Below are positions 29,175 through 38,530 of a stretch of DNA of 64,000 bases, in pieces. The position numbers were made by a program, and so were the translations under genes. This stretch comes from Anaerolineales bacterium (GTDB lineage Bacteria > Chloroflexota > Anaerolineae > Anaerolineales > UBA6663). The stretch's first letter is position 1. Each line of letters begins with the position of its first letter. Under the pieces are notes generated by a model that was not told the origin of the DNA, searched no databases, and worked only from the letters and a program-made list of their open reading frames with translations. The stretch lies in the NCBI GenBank assembly GCA_044224715.1, contig JBGAJV010000014.1, positions 19,562-83,561 of the forward strand, read 5' to 3'.

Positions 29175-31340
29175 TCAGGGGGTGAGGGGCCCGACCGGCG
29201 TGGCGTCGGGGTTCGGCGTGACGGTGACCTCGACCGGCTGCTCTTCGCCGCCGGTGGTCATGTCCAGCCCCTTGACGATCGAGTAGTACAGTTTCAAGGC
29301 CTCATTGGCGAGCGGTCCGGCGATGATCGAGCCCTCGGTGCCGTTGTAGATAAAGGCGATCACCGACACCTCGGGATCCTCCGACGGCGCGAAGAGCGTG
29401 GTCCAGGCATGCGCGGGCCACTTGCCCGGGATGCACAGACCCTTCTCCCATGCGGTTCGGTCGCAGTACTCGGCGGTGCCCGTCTTGCCCGAGACCTCGA
29501 ATTGGGTGATGTCTACGATTGCGCCCTGGCCGGCCTTGCCATAGCGGTCGGGCACCGAGAGCGTGCCGTCGACGACGGTCTTGCGCAGGCCTTCGCGCAC
29601 GATCTGCAGATTCGTCGGGTCGATCGGCAACCGGCGAATGGCGATCGGCTGCGTGTCGGTGATGACGTTGCCCTCGCCGTCGAGGAACTTGTCGACGATT
29701 TGGGGCTGATAGAGCGTGCCGCCGTTAGCGATGACGTTGTAGGCGTTCAGCATCTGCAGCGGCGTCACGGTCACATAGCCCTGGCCGATGACGGCGTTGT
29801 AGGTGTCGCCGGTCGCCCAGTTCTCGCCGATGTTGATGCGCTTCCAGGCCTTGTCGGGAATGATGCCGGTCTGCTCGGCGGGCAGTTCGATGCCGGTTCG
29901 CGAGCCGAAGCCGAACAGGCCCATCCACTTGTCGAGGTCGTCCAGGCCAAGACCGCCCGGTCGGATGGATTTGTCTTCGGAGAAGCCGCCGCCGATCTTG
30001 TAGAAGTACACGTTGCACGACTGGGCGATGCCGGTGCGGAAGTCGACCAGGCCGTGGCCGTTGCGGTTCCAGCACACGAACTCTTTGTTGAAGCCCGGGT
30101 CGTTCGGATAGTAGGCGTTCTTGATGACGATCTTGCCCGGGTCCTCGATCTGCACGTTCGGGTCGATCACGCCTTCTTCAAGAGCGCCCACCGCCGTCAC
30201 GATCTTGAACACAGATCCCGGCGGATACAGGATCTGCGTCGCATGGTTGAGCATCGGGTAGTCGGGGTTGATCGGCGTCGTGATGCCGCCCCCATCGCAG
30301 GCCGTCAGGGTGCAGTAGTAGGGATAGTCGATGCCGCTGGCGAAGCGCTCGTTGTCATAGGTCGGCCACGACACCATCGCCAGAACTTCGCCGTTGCGCG
30401 GGTTCATCACGATCACGACGCCGCTGGTGAAGTCGAGCGTGCCGTTCGAGGTCGAGCGGACCGTGCGCAGCCACTGCGAGAGCGACGACTGGATCGCCTG
30501 CTGCAGCCGCACGTCGATGGTCAGCTGCACGTTCAGGCCCGGTTTCGTCTCGGTCAGCACGTCCGTGATCCGCAGCGCCTGTCGCGACGCGTCTTCCTCG
30601 ACGAGCAGGCCGCCGTTCTGGCCCGCGAGCTCTTCCTGCAGCGAGGCTTCGATGCCCTGCACGCCCACCCGGTCCCGGTCGGGATCGAGACCGCGCGCGA
30701 TGTACTGGTTGTACAGGTCGCGGAAGTACGGCCCGTCCTCGGGCGACGGGATACGGGCCATGTAGCCGACGATGTTGGCTGTGACGTCGCCGGTCGGGTA
30801 GCTGCGGATCGGCGCGGCCTCGACGTCGACGCCCGGCATGTCCGCCTTCTCCTGCTCGATGACGAAGGCCGTGTCACGGTCGACGCCGCATTTGATCGGC
30901 ACCGGGCTGAAGGGCTTGATGCCGGTTTGCTCGACGACCCAGTCTTTGATGCCGCGGCCCTCGCGGCAGCGCTCGATCGGCGTGCTGCCCGGCACTTCGA
31001 TCGGCATCTTCAGCAGCTCAGCCAGCCGCCGGTAGATGGCGTCGGTGGCCGCGGCATCGTCGGGCAGGTAGGCGGGCGTGATGACGATGTTGAAGGACGG
31101 CTCGTTGGCCGCCAGCAGCACCAGGTTGCGGTCGTAGATGACGCCTCGCGGCGCCGGCTCGCTGATCGATCGGGTGCGGTTCTCGACGGCCTGCGCGTTG
31201 TAGTCCGAGTATTCGGAGATCTGGACCCGGTACAGCTGGCTGATCAGCCACAGAATGGCCAGCACCAACGCGCCGTAAAACGTCCATTCCCTCGGGATCG
31301 AGGGCAGAACGGGTCCGCGGGGTTTTCTTCCGTTGCGCAT
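29175..31340 (-). CDS. mrdA: Penicillin-binding protein 2 (elongasome transpeptidase)
   Basis: N-terminal TM helix and PBP dimerisation domain. SxxK motif (PGSVFK) and KTGT motif (SGKTGTAE). Confidence 0.85.
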   Translation of the reverse strand: MRNGRKPRGPVLPSIPREWTFYGALVLAILWLISQLYRVQISEYSDYNAQAVENRTRSISEPAPRGVIYDRNLVLLAANEPSFNIVITPAYLPDDAAATDAIYRRLAELLKMPIEVPGSTPIERCREGRGIKDWVVEQTGIKPFSPVPIKCGVDRDTAFVIEQEKADMPGVDVEAAPIRSYPTGDVTANIVGYMARIPSPEDGPYFRDLYNQYIARGLDPDRDRVGVQGIEASLQEELAGQNGGLLVEEDASRQALRITDVLTETKPGLNVQLTIDVRLQQAIQSSLSQWLRTVRSTSNGTLDFTSGVVIVMNPRNGEVLAMVSWPTYDNERFASGIDYPYYCTLTACDGGGITTPINPDYPMLNHATQILYPPGSVFKIVTAVGALEEGVIDPNVQIEDPGKIVIKNAYYPNDPGFNKEFVCWNRNGHGLVDFRTGIAQSCNVYFYKIGGGFSEDKSIRPGGLGLDDLDKWMGLFGFGSRTGIELPAEQTGIIPDKAWKRINIGENWATGDTYNAVIGQGYVTVTPLQMLNAYNVIANGGTLYQPQIVDKFLDGEGNVITDTQPIAIRRLPIDPTNLQIVREGLRKTVVDGTLSVPDRYGKAGQGAIVDITQFEVSGKTGTAEYCDRTAWEKGLCIPGKWPAHAWTTLFAPSEDPEVSVIAFIYNGTEGSIIAGPLANEALKLYYSIVKGLDMTTGGEEQPVEVTVTPNPDATPVGPLTP

Positions 31341-31377
31341 TGAGTCAAGGGTGCCGGGGCGAGCAGCGCGTTGGCGC

Positions 31378-31878
31378 TCAGGTCACGGCCTCCGGGTACA
31401 TCAGGCCGTGCAGCCAGCGCACAAAAGCGTAGACCGGCAGGATAAGCGCGGCATTAAGCAGAACTGAGGGCAGCAACACTTGCCGGAAGAAACTGCCCCA
31501 ATCGAGAGCGATGCCGGTGATCGCCAGCACGCCGGCCGTGATCAAATGGTACACGGCGCTGCCGATCAGGGCAACCGCCAGCGGCAGAAGCACGTGTGAG
31601 CTCCAGACCCGGCCCTCGGAGAGGCTGGCCAGATACGCGACAAGGACAAGCGCCAGTGACGGCAGACCGAGCGGCCCGCCCGAGAGCAGGCCCAGCCAGA
31701 GACCGCCGATGAATCCCCACAGCGCGCCGCCCGGCGCGTCGCCCGAAAGCGTCCAACTGAGCGTCAGCAACAGCACAAGATCGACGCGCCCGCGCAGCAG
31801 GGCAAGGTCGGGGAACACCGTGCTCTCGAGGATCGCGGCCAGGGCCAGGATCGGGAGGCCGATCAGGACCGTGCGCAT
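31378..31878 (-). CDS. mreD: Rod shape-determining protein MreD
   Basis: 166-aa polytopic membrane protein directly after mreC. Confidence 0.7.
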   Translation of the reverse strand: MRTVLIGLPILALAAILESTVFPDLALLRGRVDLVLLLTLSWTLSGDAPGGALWGFIGGLWLGLLSGGPLGLPSLALVLVAYLASLSEGRVWSSHVLLPLAVALIGSAVYHLITAGVLAITGIALDWGSFFRQVLLPSVLLNAALILPVYAFVRWLHGLMYPEAVT

Positions 31879-31890
31879 CGGTGGCCCGTG

Positions 31891-32766
31891 TCAGGGGTTG
31901 GGGACCGCCGGCGCGACCGGAGTCGCCGTCGGGGCCGTGAAGAACGGCGCGAGATCGACCGGCTGGAAGTCGGTGATGATCAGCACGATCTCGAGCGAGG
32001 CGAAGTTGACCGTGGGGTTGAGTGTCGCCGCCTGGAGCACCTCGTAGTCGAGTTGCTCGACGTTGGCCACCGAACCGATGACGATGTCGGCCGGGAAGTC
32101 GCCGCCCAGGCCCGACGTCAGCACCAGCTCGCCCTCGGCGATGCGCACGCCCTGGGCAATGAAGTTCATGGTGAGCACGCCGCCCTGGCTGCCCTCGACC
32201 ACGCCCGGGCTGCGCGAGCCCTGCAGACGGGCCGTCACCCGCGAGGCCGGGTCGGTCACCGGCCGGACCTTGCAGGCGTTGCGCGTCACCTCGACGACCG
32301 TGCCCACCAGGCCATCGGCCGTGACCACGGGCATGCCGCGCGCGATCCCGTCGTCGGAGCCGCGGTCGAGGATGATGTAGCTGAGCAGCGGCGAGCTGTC
32401 GCGGCCGATGACGTTGGCCGCCATGTACTGGCTGGCCGGCTGCGACTCGGCGTAGTTGAGCAGGTTCGAGAGGATGCGCATGTCGGCTTCGCTCTCGCTC
32501 AGCCGCACGTTGTCGGCCTTGAGTTGCGCGATTTGCGCCTCGAGCTCGGCGTTGCGCGCGCGGAGCGATTCGACCTCGGGGTCCTGCCGTAGCACGGCGG
32601 CGAATCGCGCCCAGATCGTGGCCAGCGGTCGCTGTACGAAGCTCAGGGGGTAACTCAGGGCCTCGCGCACCGGCTGGAACAGCGGCAACGGCGTGAGCGC
32701 GATCAGACCCAGGCTCAACGCCGCCAGCACGATGACCACGATGGTCCTTTGTTGCAAACGGGACAT
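31891..32766 (-). CDS. mreC: Rod shape-determining protein MreC
   Basis: N-terminal TM helix, coiled coil (ELEAQIAQLKADNVRL), then beta-barrel domains (GMPVVTADGLVGTV). Confidence 0.8.
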   Translation of the reverse strand: MSRLQQRTIVVIVLAALSLGLIALTPLPLFQPVREALSYPLSFVQRPLATIWARFAAVLRQDPEVESLRARNAELEAQIAQLKADNVRLSESEADMRILSNLLNYAESQPASQYMAANVIGRDSSPLLSYIILDRGSDDGIARGMPVVTADGLVGTVVEVTRNACKVRPVTDPASRVTARLQGSRSPGVVEGSQGGVLTMNFIAQGVRIAEGELVLTSGLGGDFPADIVIGSVANVEQLDYEVLQAATLNPTVNFASLEIVLIITDFQPVDLAPFFTAPTATPVAPAVPNP

Positions 32767-32773
32767 GAGTTAT

Positions 32774-32849
32774 CCGATTGCTGATTATCGATTGCTGATT
32801 GTTGATTGGAAAGCCAATCAGCAATCAGCAATCAACAATCAGCAATCAC
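32774..32849. repeat. Sub-repeat-built palindromic element (GATTGCT/ATCAGCA type) between mreB and mreC
   Basis: ccgattgctgattatcgattgctgattgttgattgg aaag ccaatcagcaatcagcaatcaacaatcagcaatcac. Confidence 0.8.
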
Positions 32850-32854
32850 AAGCC

Positions 32855-33937
32855 TCAGCGGTTGGTCGATCCTCGTTCGACGCCCACCAGCAGCTCCTTG
32901 AGGTTGTCGTAGTCCTCGAGGATGCGGCCGGCGCCGCGCGCCACGCAGGTGAGCGGGTCTTCGGCCAGCCAGACGCGGATCTTGAGTTCGTCCTGCAAGC
33001 GTTCGGCCAGGCCCTGCAACTGCGAGCCGCCGCCGGCCATGCACACGCCCGATTCCATCAGGTCGGCGATGATCTCGGGCGGGGTCTCGTCGATCGCGTC
33101 GCGGATCGAGGCGATGATGGTGTTGGTCGAGTTGGCCAGCGCCTCGCGGGTCTCGATCGACGAGACCTCGATGCTCTCGGGCAGGCCGGTCACCAGGTTG
33201 CGTCCGCGCAGGGTGAAGGTCTTCTCTTCCCACAGCGGGTACGCCGAGCCGATCGCGATCTTGGCCTTCTCGGCCATGCGCTCACCGATCAGCAGGTTGT
33301 ACTTGTTGCGCGCGTACTGGATGATGTCCTGATCCATCTCGTCGCCGGCCACGCGCAACGATCGGCTGAGGACGATGCCGCCCATCGAGAACACGGCCAC
33401 CTCGGTCGTGCCGCCGCCGATGTCGACGACCATCGAGCCGCGCGGCTCGGCCACCGGCAGACCCGCGCCCAGCGCGGCCGCCATCGGTTCTTCGATGAGA
33501 TGGGCTTCGCGCGCGCCCGCCGCCAGGGTGGCGTCGTACACCGCGCGCTTCTCGACTTCGGTCACGCCCGAGGGGATGCCGACGACCACCCGCGGGGCGG
33601 GGGGCAGCAGGCTCTGCTCATGGGCGCGCCCGATGAAGTACTCGAGCATAGCCTCGGTGATCTCGAACTCCGAGATCACGCCGTCGCGCAAGGGCCGGAT
33701 GGCCACGATGTTCGACGGAGTCCGGCCCGCGATCTCCTTGGCGCCCGCGCCGATGGCCTTGGGCTCCTTGGTCTTTTTGTCGATCGCCACCCAGGAGGGC
33801 TCATTGATGACGATGCCCTTCCCGCGCACGCTCACCAGGGTGTTGGCCGTGCCCAGATCGATGCCGATGTCCAGCGAAAACAGCCCGAGCAACCAGTCCA
33901 CTGGCCGCTTGAGCTGACGTCTCCAATCAAATGACAA
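32855..33937 (-). CDS. mreB: Rod shape-determining actin homolog MreB
   Basis: DIGIDLGTANTLV and DIGGGTTEVAV actin-fold motifs. I place the start at TTG 33937, six nt after AAGGAG. The 641-aa ORF extension reads through a repeat element. Confidence 0.85.
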   Translation of the reverse strand: MSFDWRRQLKRPVDWLLGLFSLDIGIDLGTANTLVSVRGKGIVINEPSWVAIDKKTKEPKAIGAGAKEIAGRTPSNIVAIRPLRDGVISEFEITEAMLEYFIGRAHEQSLLPPAPRVVVGIPSGVTEVEKRAVYDATLAAGAREAHLIEEPMAAALGAGLPVAEPRGSMVVDIGGGTTEVAVFSMGGIVLSRSLRVAGDEMDQDIIQYARNKYNLLIGERMAEKAKIAIGSAYPLWEEKTFTLRGRNLVTGLPESIEVSSIETREALANSTNTIIASIRDAIDETPPEIIADLMESGVCMAGGGSQLQGLAERLQDELKIRVWLAEDPLTCVARGAGRILEDYDNLKELLVGVERGSTNR

Positions 33938-34040
33938 AGCGATCTCCTTCGGCGACAGCAGAGGATTATAACATCGGCCCAATTTGGTCAAAACGAACAT
34001 AACGCCAGGTCTGCACGGGTAAGTTGTCAGGCAGGGTGTC

Positions 34041-34127
34041 TTGCCACAAATTGGCACGAATTTGCACGAATTGTGCGCGCCAGGCGTTATCCGTTTTTTC
34101 GTGTAGGTTCGTGCCAATTCGTGGCAA
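34041..34127. repeat. Sub-repeat-built palindromic element (CACGAAT type), same family as 9793-9904
   Basis: ttgccacaaattggcacgaatttgcacgaattgtg ... cgtgtaggttcgtgccaattcgtggcaa. It shares the terminal attcgtggcaaag(g)aattc with the 9.8 kb copy. Confidence 0.8.
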
Positions 34128-34225
34128 AGAATTCCGTGCGGCAGTGGTGGCATACAAACCAGATTGACAACTCGCCCGTGCGGGCCATGCCCCGCATTTC
34201 GCGGCTTATCGCGGATAATCGCCCC

Positions 34226-35608
34226 ATGCGCGATGTGCTTGCCGCCGTGGCGCGGCTGGCCCCCAAAGGGGTGTCGATCCTGGTCGCCGTGTCCGGCGGC
34301 CCAGACAGCCTGTGTCTGCTGGATGCGCTGGCGCGCCAAACGGTTCGCCGGGGGTGGCGGCTGGGGGTCGCCTGTCTGGATCACGGGCTGCGGCCCGAAT
34401 CCCGCGCCGAGGTCGCTCGCGTGCGGGTCGAGGCCGAAAGCCGCGGCCTGTCGTTCTACACGACGCGCGTGGACGTGCGCGGTCGGGCGCGGCGGCGCAA
34501 ACGTTCGCTCGAGGCCACGGCGCGCGCGGCCCGCTATGACTGGCTGGCGGCGACGGCCCGTCGGCATGGTTTCGAGGCGGTCGCCACGGGCCATACCGCA
34601 GATGATCAGGCCGAGACCGTTCTGCTTCGTCTCCTGCGCGGCGCCGGCGTCACAGGGCTGGCCGCCATGCGCCCGGTTGGGGCGGTGCCCGGCAGCCGTC
34701 CGCCCGTTCGGTTGCTTCGGCCCCTCCTGACGACGACGCGCGCCGAGGTCGAGGCCTACAACCGCGCCCGCGGTCTTCAAGCCAGCACCGATGCCAGCAA
34801 CAGCGATCCGGCCTACACCCGCAATCGGATCCGCCTCGAGTTGCTCCCGGCTCTCGAGACGTACAACCCCAACATCCGTCGGACTCTGGTTCGGCTGGCC
34901 GAGGTGACGGCCGGCGAGGCCGAGGCGCTGTCCGCGTATGGCGCGCTGCTATGGGATCAATTGAGCCCGCGACGCACCGCCGAAGGCTGGGTCTTCGATC
35001 GTCAGGCCTGGAAGGCGCTGCCGCACCCGGCCCAACGCCTGGTGCTGCGTCGGGCGGCGACGAGCCTGGTGGAGGAGGAGATCGAGATCGGCTTCGACGC
35101 GCTCGATGCCGCGCTCGACGTGGTCGCGCGCGGGACTGCGGGCCGCGTGGCCGAACTGGGCGGCGGCGTGGTCGCCCGGGTCACGCGCGACGCGTTGACC
35201 GTGGCGACGTCGCGCGCGCCCGAGCCCTCCGTCCGTTTGCCGCATCTACGTCTGCGGCGCGTCGACGCGAGCCTGGAGCAGGTTCGCGCCAACCCGGATC
35301 GTTTTCGCGCGTTTGTCGATGTGGATGTTCTGGCGAAGCGCCTGGGGGTTGCCCGGATCGCCGTCCGCGATCTGCGCCTTCGTTGGCCAACGCCGGGTGA
35401 TCGCTTTCAACCACTAGGGCTTGGCGGGCGCACGCAGCGTCTGTCCGACTTCTTCACCAACGCCCACGTCCCCCGTGAGGCCCGCGCGACCACGCCTGTC
35501 GTCGTCTGCGGCGACGCGATCCTGTGGGTCGTGGGGCATCGTTTGGCGCACTGGGCCCGTGTGACGGAGGATACGACTGAACTTGGCGAGTTGAGGCTGA
35601 CCCGGTGA
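34226..35608 (+). CDS. tilS: tRNA(Ile)-lysidine synthase
   Basis: PP-loop ILVAVSGGPDS, followed by TilS substrate-binding and C-terminal domains. Start at 34226 or 34187. Confidence 0.8.
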   Translation: MRDVLAAVARLAPKGVSILVAVSGGPDSLCLLDALARQTVRRGWRLGVACLDHGLRPESRAEVARVRVEAESRGLSFYTTRVDVRGRARRRKRSLEATARAARYDWLAATARRHGFEAVATGHTADDQAETVLLRLLRGAGVTGLAAMRPVGAVPGSRPPVRLLRPLLTTTRAEVEAYNRARGLQASTDASNSDPAYTRNRIRLELLPALETYNPNIRRTLVRLAEVTAGEAEALSAYGALLWDQLSPRRTAEGWVFDRQAWKALPHPAQRLVLRRAATSLVEEEIEIGFDALDAALDVVARGTAGRVAELGGGVVARVTRDALTVATSRAPEPSVRLPHLRLRRVDASLEQVRANPDRFRAFVDVDVLAKRLGVARIAVRDLRLRWPTPGDRFQPLGLGGRTQRLSDFFTNAHVPREARATTPVVVCGDAILWVVGHRLAHWARVTEDTTELGELRLTR

Positions 35609-35662
35609 ATTGCTGATTACTGATTGCCGTTCAATCAGCAATCAGACATCAACAATCGGCAA
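35607..35662. repeat. Sub-repeat-built palindromic element (ATCAGCA type) between convergent tilS and the xer-like gene
   Basis: gaattgctgattactgattgccg ttc aatcagcaatcagacatcaacaatcggcaatc. Confidence 0.7.
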
Positions 35663-35664
35663 TC

Positions 35665-36693
35665 TCACAGCGCCAGATCGAGATCGAAGTTGAGCGGGGT
35701 TGCCGTGTCGGGCAGGGCGGCGGACTCGAGGTCTTCGTCCTCGGGTGTCGTGTCAGAGAGCGAATCGACCAGCCGCTTGAGCTTCATGCCGATCTCGCGC
35801 CACTGGATGCGCGAGAGCCCGAGGTAGCGGCGGATGAGGTCGTCGTCGGTGCCGCTCTGCGCATGACGCAGCGCGAATGTCCAGCGGCACATCTCGAACG
35901 AGATATGTTTGCTCAGGCCGGCCGCGATGGTGATGTCCTCGAGCAGGTATTCGAGGCGGCGCGGCGAGTAGGGGAAGACGGCCTTTTCGGGTTGCTCGAA
36001 CGCCAGATAGGCGCGATAGACGTCAGCCCACTCGGGGGTCAGCGGCAGCTTGCGCTCTTTGAGGCGATGTCGCGCCTCCTTGTAACGCACCCACAATGCC
36101 GGGCCGGCGGCGTCGTCGAGGTCGACGTGCGTCAACTCGAGGTTGAGGCACTCGCTCTTCTTGATCCCGGTCTGCAGCAACAGCGTGAACAGCACGTACG
36201 GCCGCATATCCGGCTTGTCGGCGGTGCGCCACAACTGGTGCGCGGCGGTGATGGCCTGCTCGACCTCTTCTTCGGTCAGCACGACCGGCAGCGGGCTGAG
36301 CACGGATTGCTGAATGATGGTTTCCGACGGGTCGTGCGGCAGCACCCGCCCGATCTCGAGCCAGCGGAAGAAGGCCTTGAGCGACGTTACGCGGCGCATG
36401 TACGTCTTGGGGCTGCGCCCGCTGGTGCGTTGATCGTCAAGCCAGGTCTGCAGGTCGTGCGTGGCGATGGCGTTGATCGGCCGATCGAGACCGAGGAACC
36501 GGCCAAACAGCCGCAGATCCCCGCCGAACGACTTGACCGTGTTGTCGAGCGCGCCGTCGCGCCGCAGGTGCTCTTCCCACGCGAGGATGGCGGCATTCAG
36601 CGTCGTGCTGGGCCGCAGACCCAGGCCGCGTCGTTGCGGCATCGGCGCCGTTTGCGAGGCCGTATTGGTGAATAGGGGAAGCTGTTCAGGCAC
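35665..36693 (-). CDS. Tyrosine-recombinase (XerC/D)-fold protein with degenerate catalytic residues
   Basis: SAM-like N-terminal domain plus catalytic-fold C-terminus. It aligns to XerD blocks, but GLRVSE reads GIKKSE, HxLRH reads EMCRW, LGH reads LGL, and the nucleophile Tyr position is Gly. Confidence 0.7.
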   Translation of the reverse strand: MPEQLPLFTNTASQTAPMPQRRGLGLRPSTTLNAAILAWEEHLRRDGALDNTVKSFGGDLRLFGRFLGLDRPINAIATHDLQTWLDDQRTSGRSPKTYMRRVTSLKAFFRWLEIGRVLPHDPSETIIQQSVLSPLPVVLTEEEVEQAITAAHQLWRTADKPDMRPYVLFTLLLQTGIKKSECLNLELTHVDLDDAAGPALWVRYKEARHRLKERKLPLTPEWADVYRAYLAFEQPEKAVFPYSPRRLEYLLEDITIAAGLSKHISFEMCRWTFALRHAQSGTDDDLIRRYLGLSRIQWREIGMKLKRLVDSLSDTTPEDEDLESAALPDTATPLNFDLDLAL

Positions 36694-36783
36694 GCCGCGC
36701 GATCATAGCCCAGTTTTCTTTACGCGCAACTTATGGGAAGGCATGGCGTGCACGGGTAGGTTGATCCTGTTGGCGAACCGGAT

Positions 36784-37041
36784 TCAGACAGCTGGCCCAG
36801 TACACGGATCACGCGGATGTCCGCGGATATCCACGGATGGCACGGAGCCATTTGAGATGCTTCTGTGTGATCCGTCTGATCCGTGCTATCCGTGTACCGG
36901 CCCATTCCAGGGCTCCTGACAACGTGCGAGCGGGTTTACCAACAGCATCGCGAGTTGTCAGGCGTCCGTCGCTTGCGGCTTCAACGCGTACGCGGATTGC
37001 GCGGATCGTCACGGATCACGCCGAATCCGGATCAGACAGCT
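36784..37041. repeat. Composite sub-repeat element (CACGGAT/CGCGGAT type) bounded by the 10-bp direct repeat tcagacagct
   Basis: Palindromic part 36794-36903: ggcccagtacacggatcacgcggatgtccgcggatatccacggatgg ... gtgtgatccgtctgatccgtgctatccgtgtaccggccc. Direct array at 36988-37031. Direct repeats at 36784-36793 and 37032-37041. Confidence 0.75.
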
Positions 37042-37061
37042 CCGCACCGTGTCTCACGCGT

Positions 37062-38519
37062 CTAGGGGAGCCAATCCAACCGGGGACAGGGCGTGTAGTC
37101 CTGGCCGAGCGTGAGCCGCAGGGGCGGGGCGCCGTTCTGGCCGAGGGTGGTGTCGAGCAGCGCGCCCTCGACGTGGGCCAGACGCAGCGCGTCCTGCACG
37201 CCGGAGGCGTCGAAGGCTGCGGCTCGGAGCACGGTCTGGGCGATGATGGAGTCGGATTGGGTCGAGATGACCTCGAAGCCTTCCGTGTCGAACGACTCGC
37301 GCGCCAGATCGGCAAACTGCGGATCGCCGGTGGCGTTGACGATCTCGATTCGCAGCGCCGCCTCGGGCACGGCCGTGACAACCGCTGTGGGCGTCGCCGC
37401 GGTCGTCGCGGTCGTGCCCAACGACTCGAGCTCGGCGCGGATCGAGTCCGCGCGCGGCAGCAGCACCTGATCGCCCTTGGGCGTGGTCCAGGGCGTGGTT
37501 TGGTTGGGCCCGATCACGATCGTGCGCAGCGCCTCGGGCTTGAACCCGGCGGCCAGCGGCATTAGACCCATCACGTCCCACAGACCCAGATCGGTGTGCA
37601 CGATGTCCTGATAAGCGGTGTACAGCTCGGGGATGCGTTGCACGGCGCCGACGGACAAACCGGCTTTGAGGATCGCGCGCAGCACCTGGCGCTGACGATA
37701 GTTGCGGAAGTAGTCGCCGCCGACGGGCCGCACCCGCGCATACCAGAGCGCGCGCGCGCCGTCCATGTGCGCCAGCCCGATCGGCTGGTCGATCATCTGG
37801 CGCTCCTGCCCCTGACGCTCGGGCGGCATCTGATCGGCGAGTTCGAGCGTGTGCACCGGGCAGACGACCTGCACGTCGATGCCGCCGAGCGCGTCGACCA
37901 CCTGTTTGAACCCGTCGAAGTTGACGCTGGCATGATAGTGGATGGGCAGCCCGAGGTTGTAGAGCAGCGTTTGATCGAGCAACGCCAGCCCGCCGCCTTC
38001 GTAGCCGATGCGTTCGCCGGCTTCATAGGCGACGTTGATCCGCTCCATGCCGTAGAGCGGGATCATGACGTACAGGTCGCGCGGGATCGAGACGAGCGTC
38101 ACGGCGCCGGTGCTGCGCTGGATCGAGACCACGATCAGGGTGTCGGTGCGATAGCGGGTTTCGTCGCCGCGGCCGTCTGTGCCGATCAGCAGGATGTTGA
38201 GCACGTCGTCGGGCAGGTCGAGCCCGGCCACCGCCGTCGGAACGGCCGTGAGTTGGTCGGTCATGCCGTCGACGACGAAGGCGCCGAGCGTCGGGTTGAC
38301 CACGGCCTGCGCGGTCGGTGTGGGCGTGAGCGGCGGCTCGGTCGCGACGAGCGAGACGGAGGTCGTCGCCGTTATCGCGGGCGACGGCAGCGGGGCCGCC
38401 GTGAGGGTGGGCGGCGGCGCGGTCGGCGCGAGATCGGGCCCGGCGATGGGGGCACAGGCGGTGGCGACGAGCGTCGCCGCGCAGAGGCCGGCGCTCAGAC
38501 GCCGGAGGAAGTCTGTCAT
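37062..38519 (-). CDS. LytR-CpsA-Psr (LCP) family protein with C-terminal LytR_C domain
   Basis: NILLIGTDGRGDETRYRTDTLIVVSI....LVSIPRDLYV LCP core. Signal anchor MTDFLRRLSAGLCAATLV. ATG at 38519. Confidence 0.85.
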   Translation of the reverse strand: MTDFLRRLSAGLCAATLVATACAPIAGPDLAPTAPPPTLTAAPLPSPAITATTSVSLVATEPPLTPTPTAQAVVNPTLGAFVVDGMTDQLTAVPTAVAGLDLPDDVLNILLIGTDGRGDETRYRTDTLIVVSIQRSTGAVTLVSIPRDLYVMIPLYGMERINVAYEAGERIGYEGGGLALLDQTLLYNLGLPIHYHASVNFDGFKQVVDALGGIDVQVVCPVHTLELADQMPPERQGQERQMIDQPIGLAHMDGARALWYARVRPVGGDYFRNYRQRQVLRAILKAGLSVGAVQRIPELYTAYQDIVHTDLGLWDVMGLMPLAAGFKPEALRTIVIGPNQTTPWTTPKGDQVLLPRADSIRAELESLGTTATTAATPTAVVTAVPEAALRIEIVNATGDPQFADLARESFDTEGFEVISTQSDSIIAQTVLRAAAFDASGVQDALRLAHVEGALLDTTLGQNGAPPLRLTLGQDYTPCPRLDWLP

Positions 38520-38530
38520 CGGGCGGGCGC

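Noticed and set aside
29130-31343. 737-aa ORF on the plus strand
   Set aside because: It is antisense to mrdA, which has clear SxxK and KTG motifs. No domain signature; high-GC shadow ORF.
33938-34780. Upstream 280 codons of the 641-aa ORF containing mreB
   Set aside because: It crosses the CACGAAT repeat element and overlaps tilS on the other strand. It has no similarity to MreB N-termini. The TTG start with an RBS is preferred.
35665-36693. Integrase marking a prophage or genomic island
   Set aside because: The catalytic residues are degenerate and the flanks are housekeeping genes (tilS, LCP). No att-like repeats or phage genes are present.
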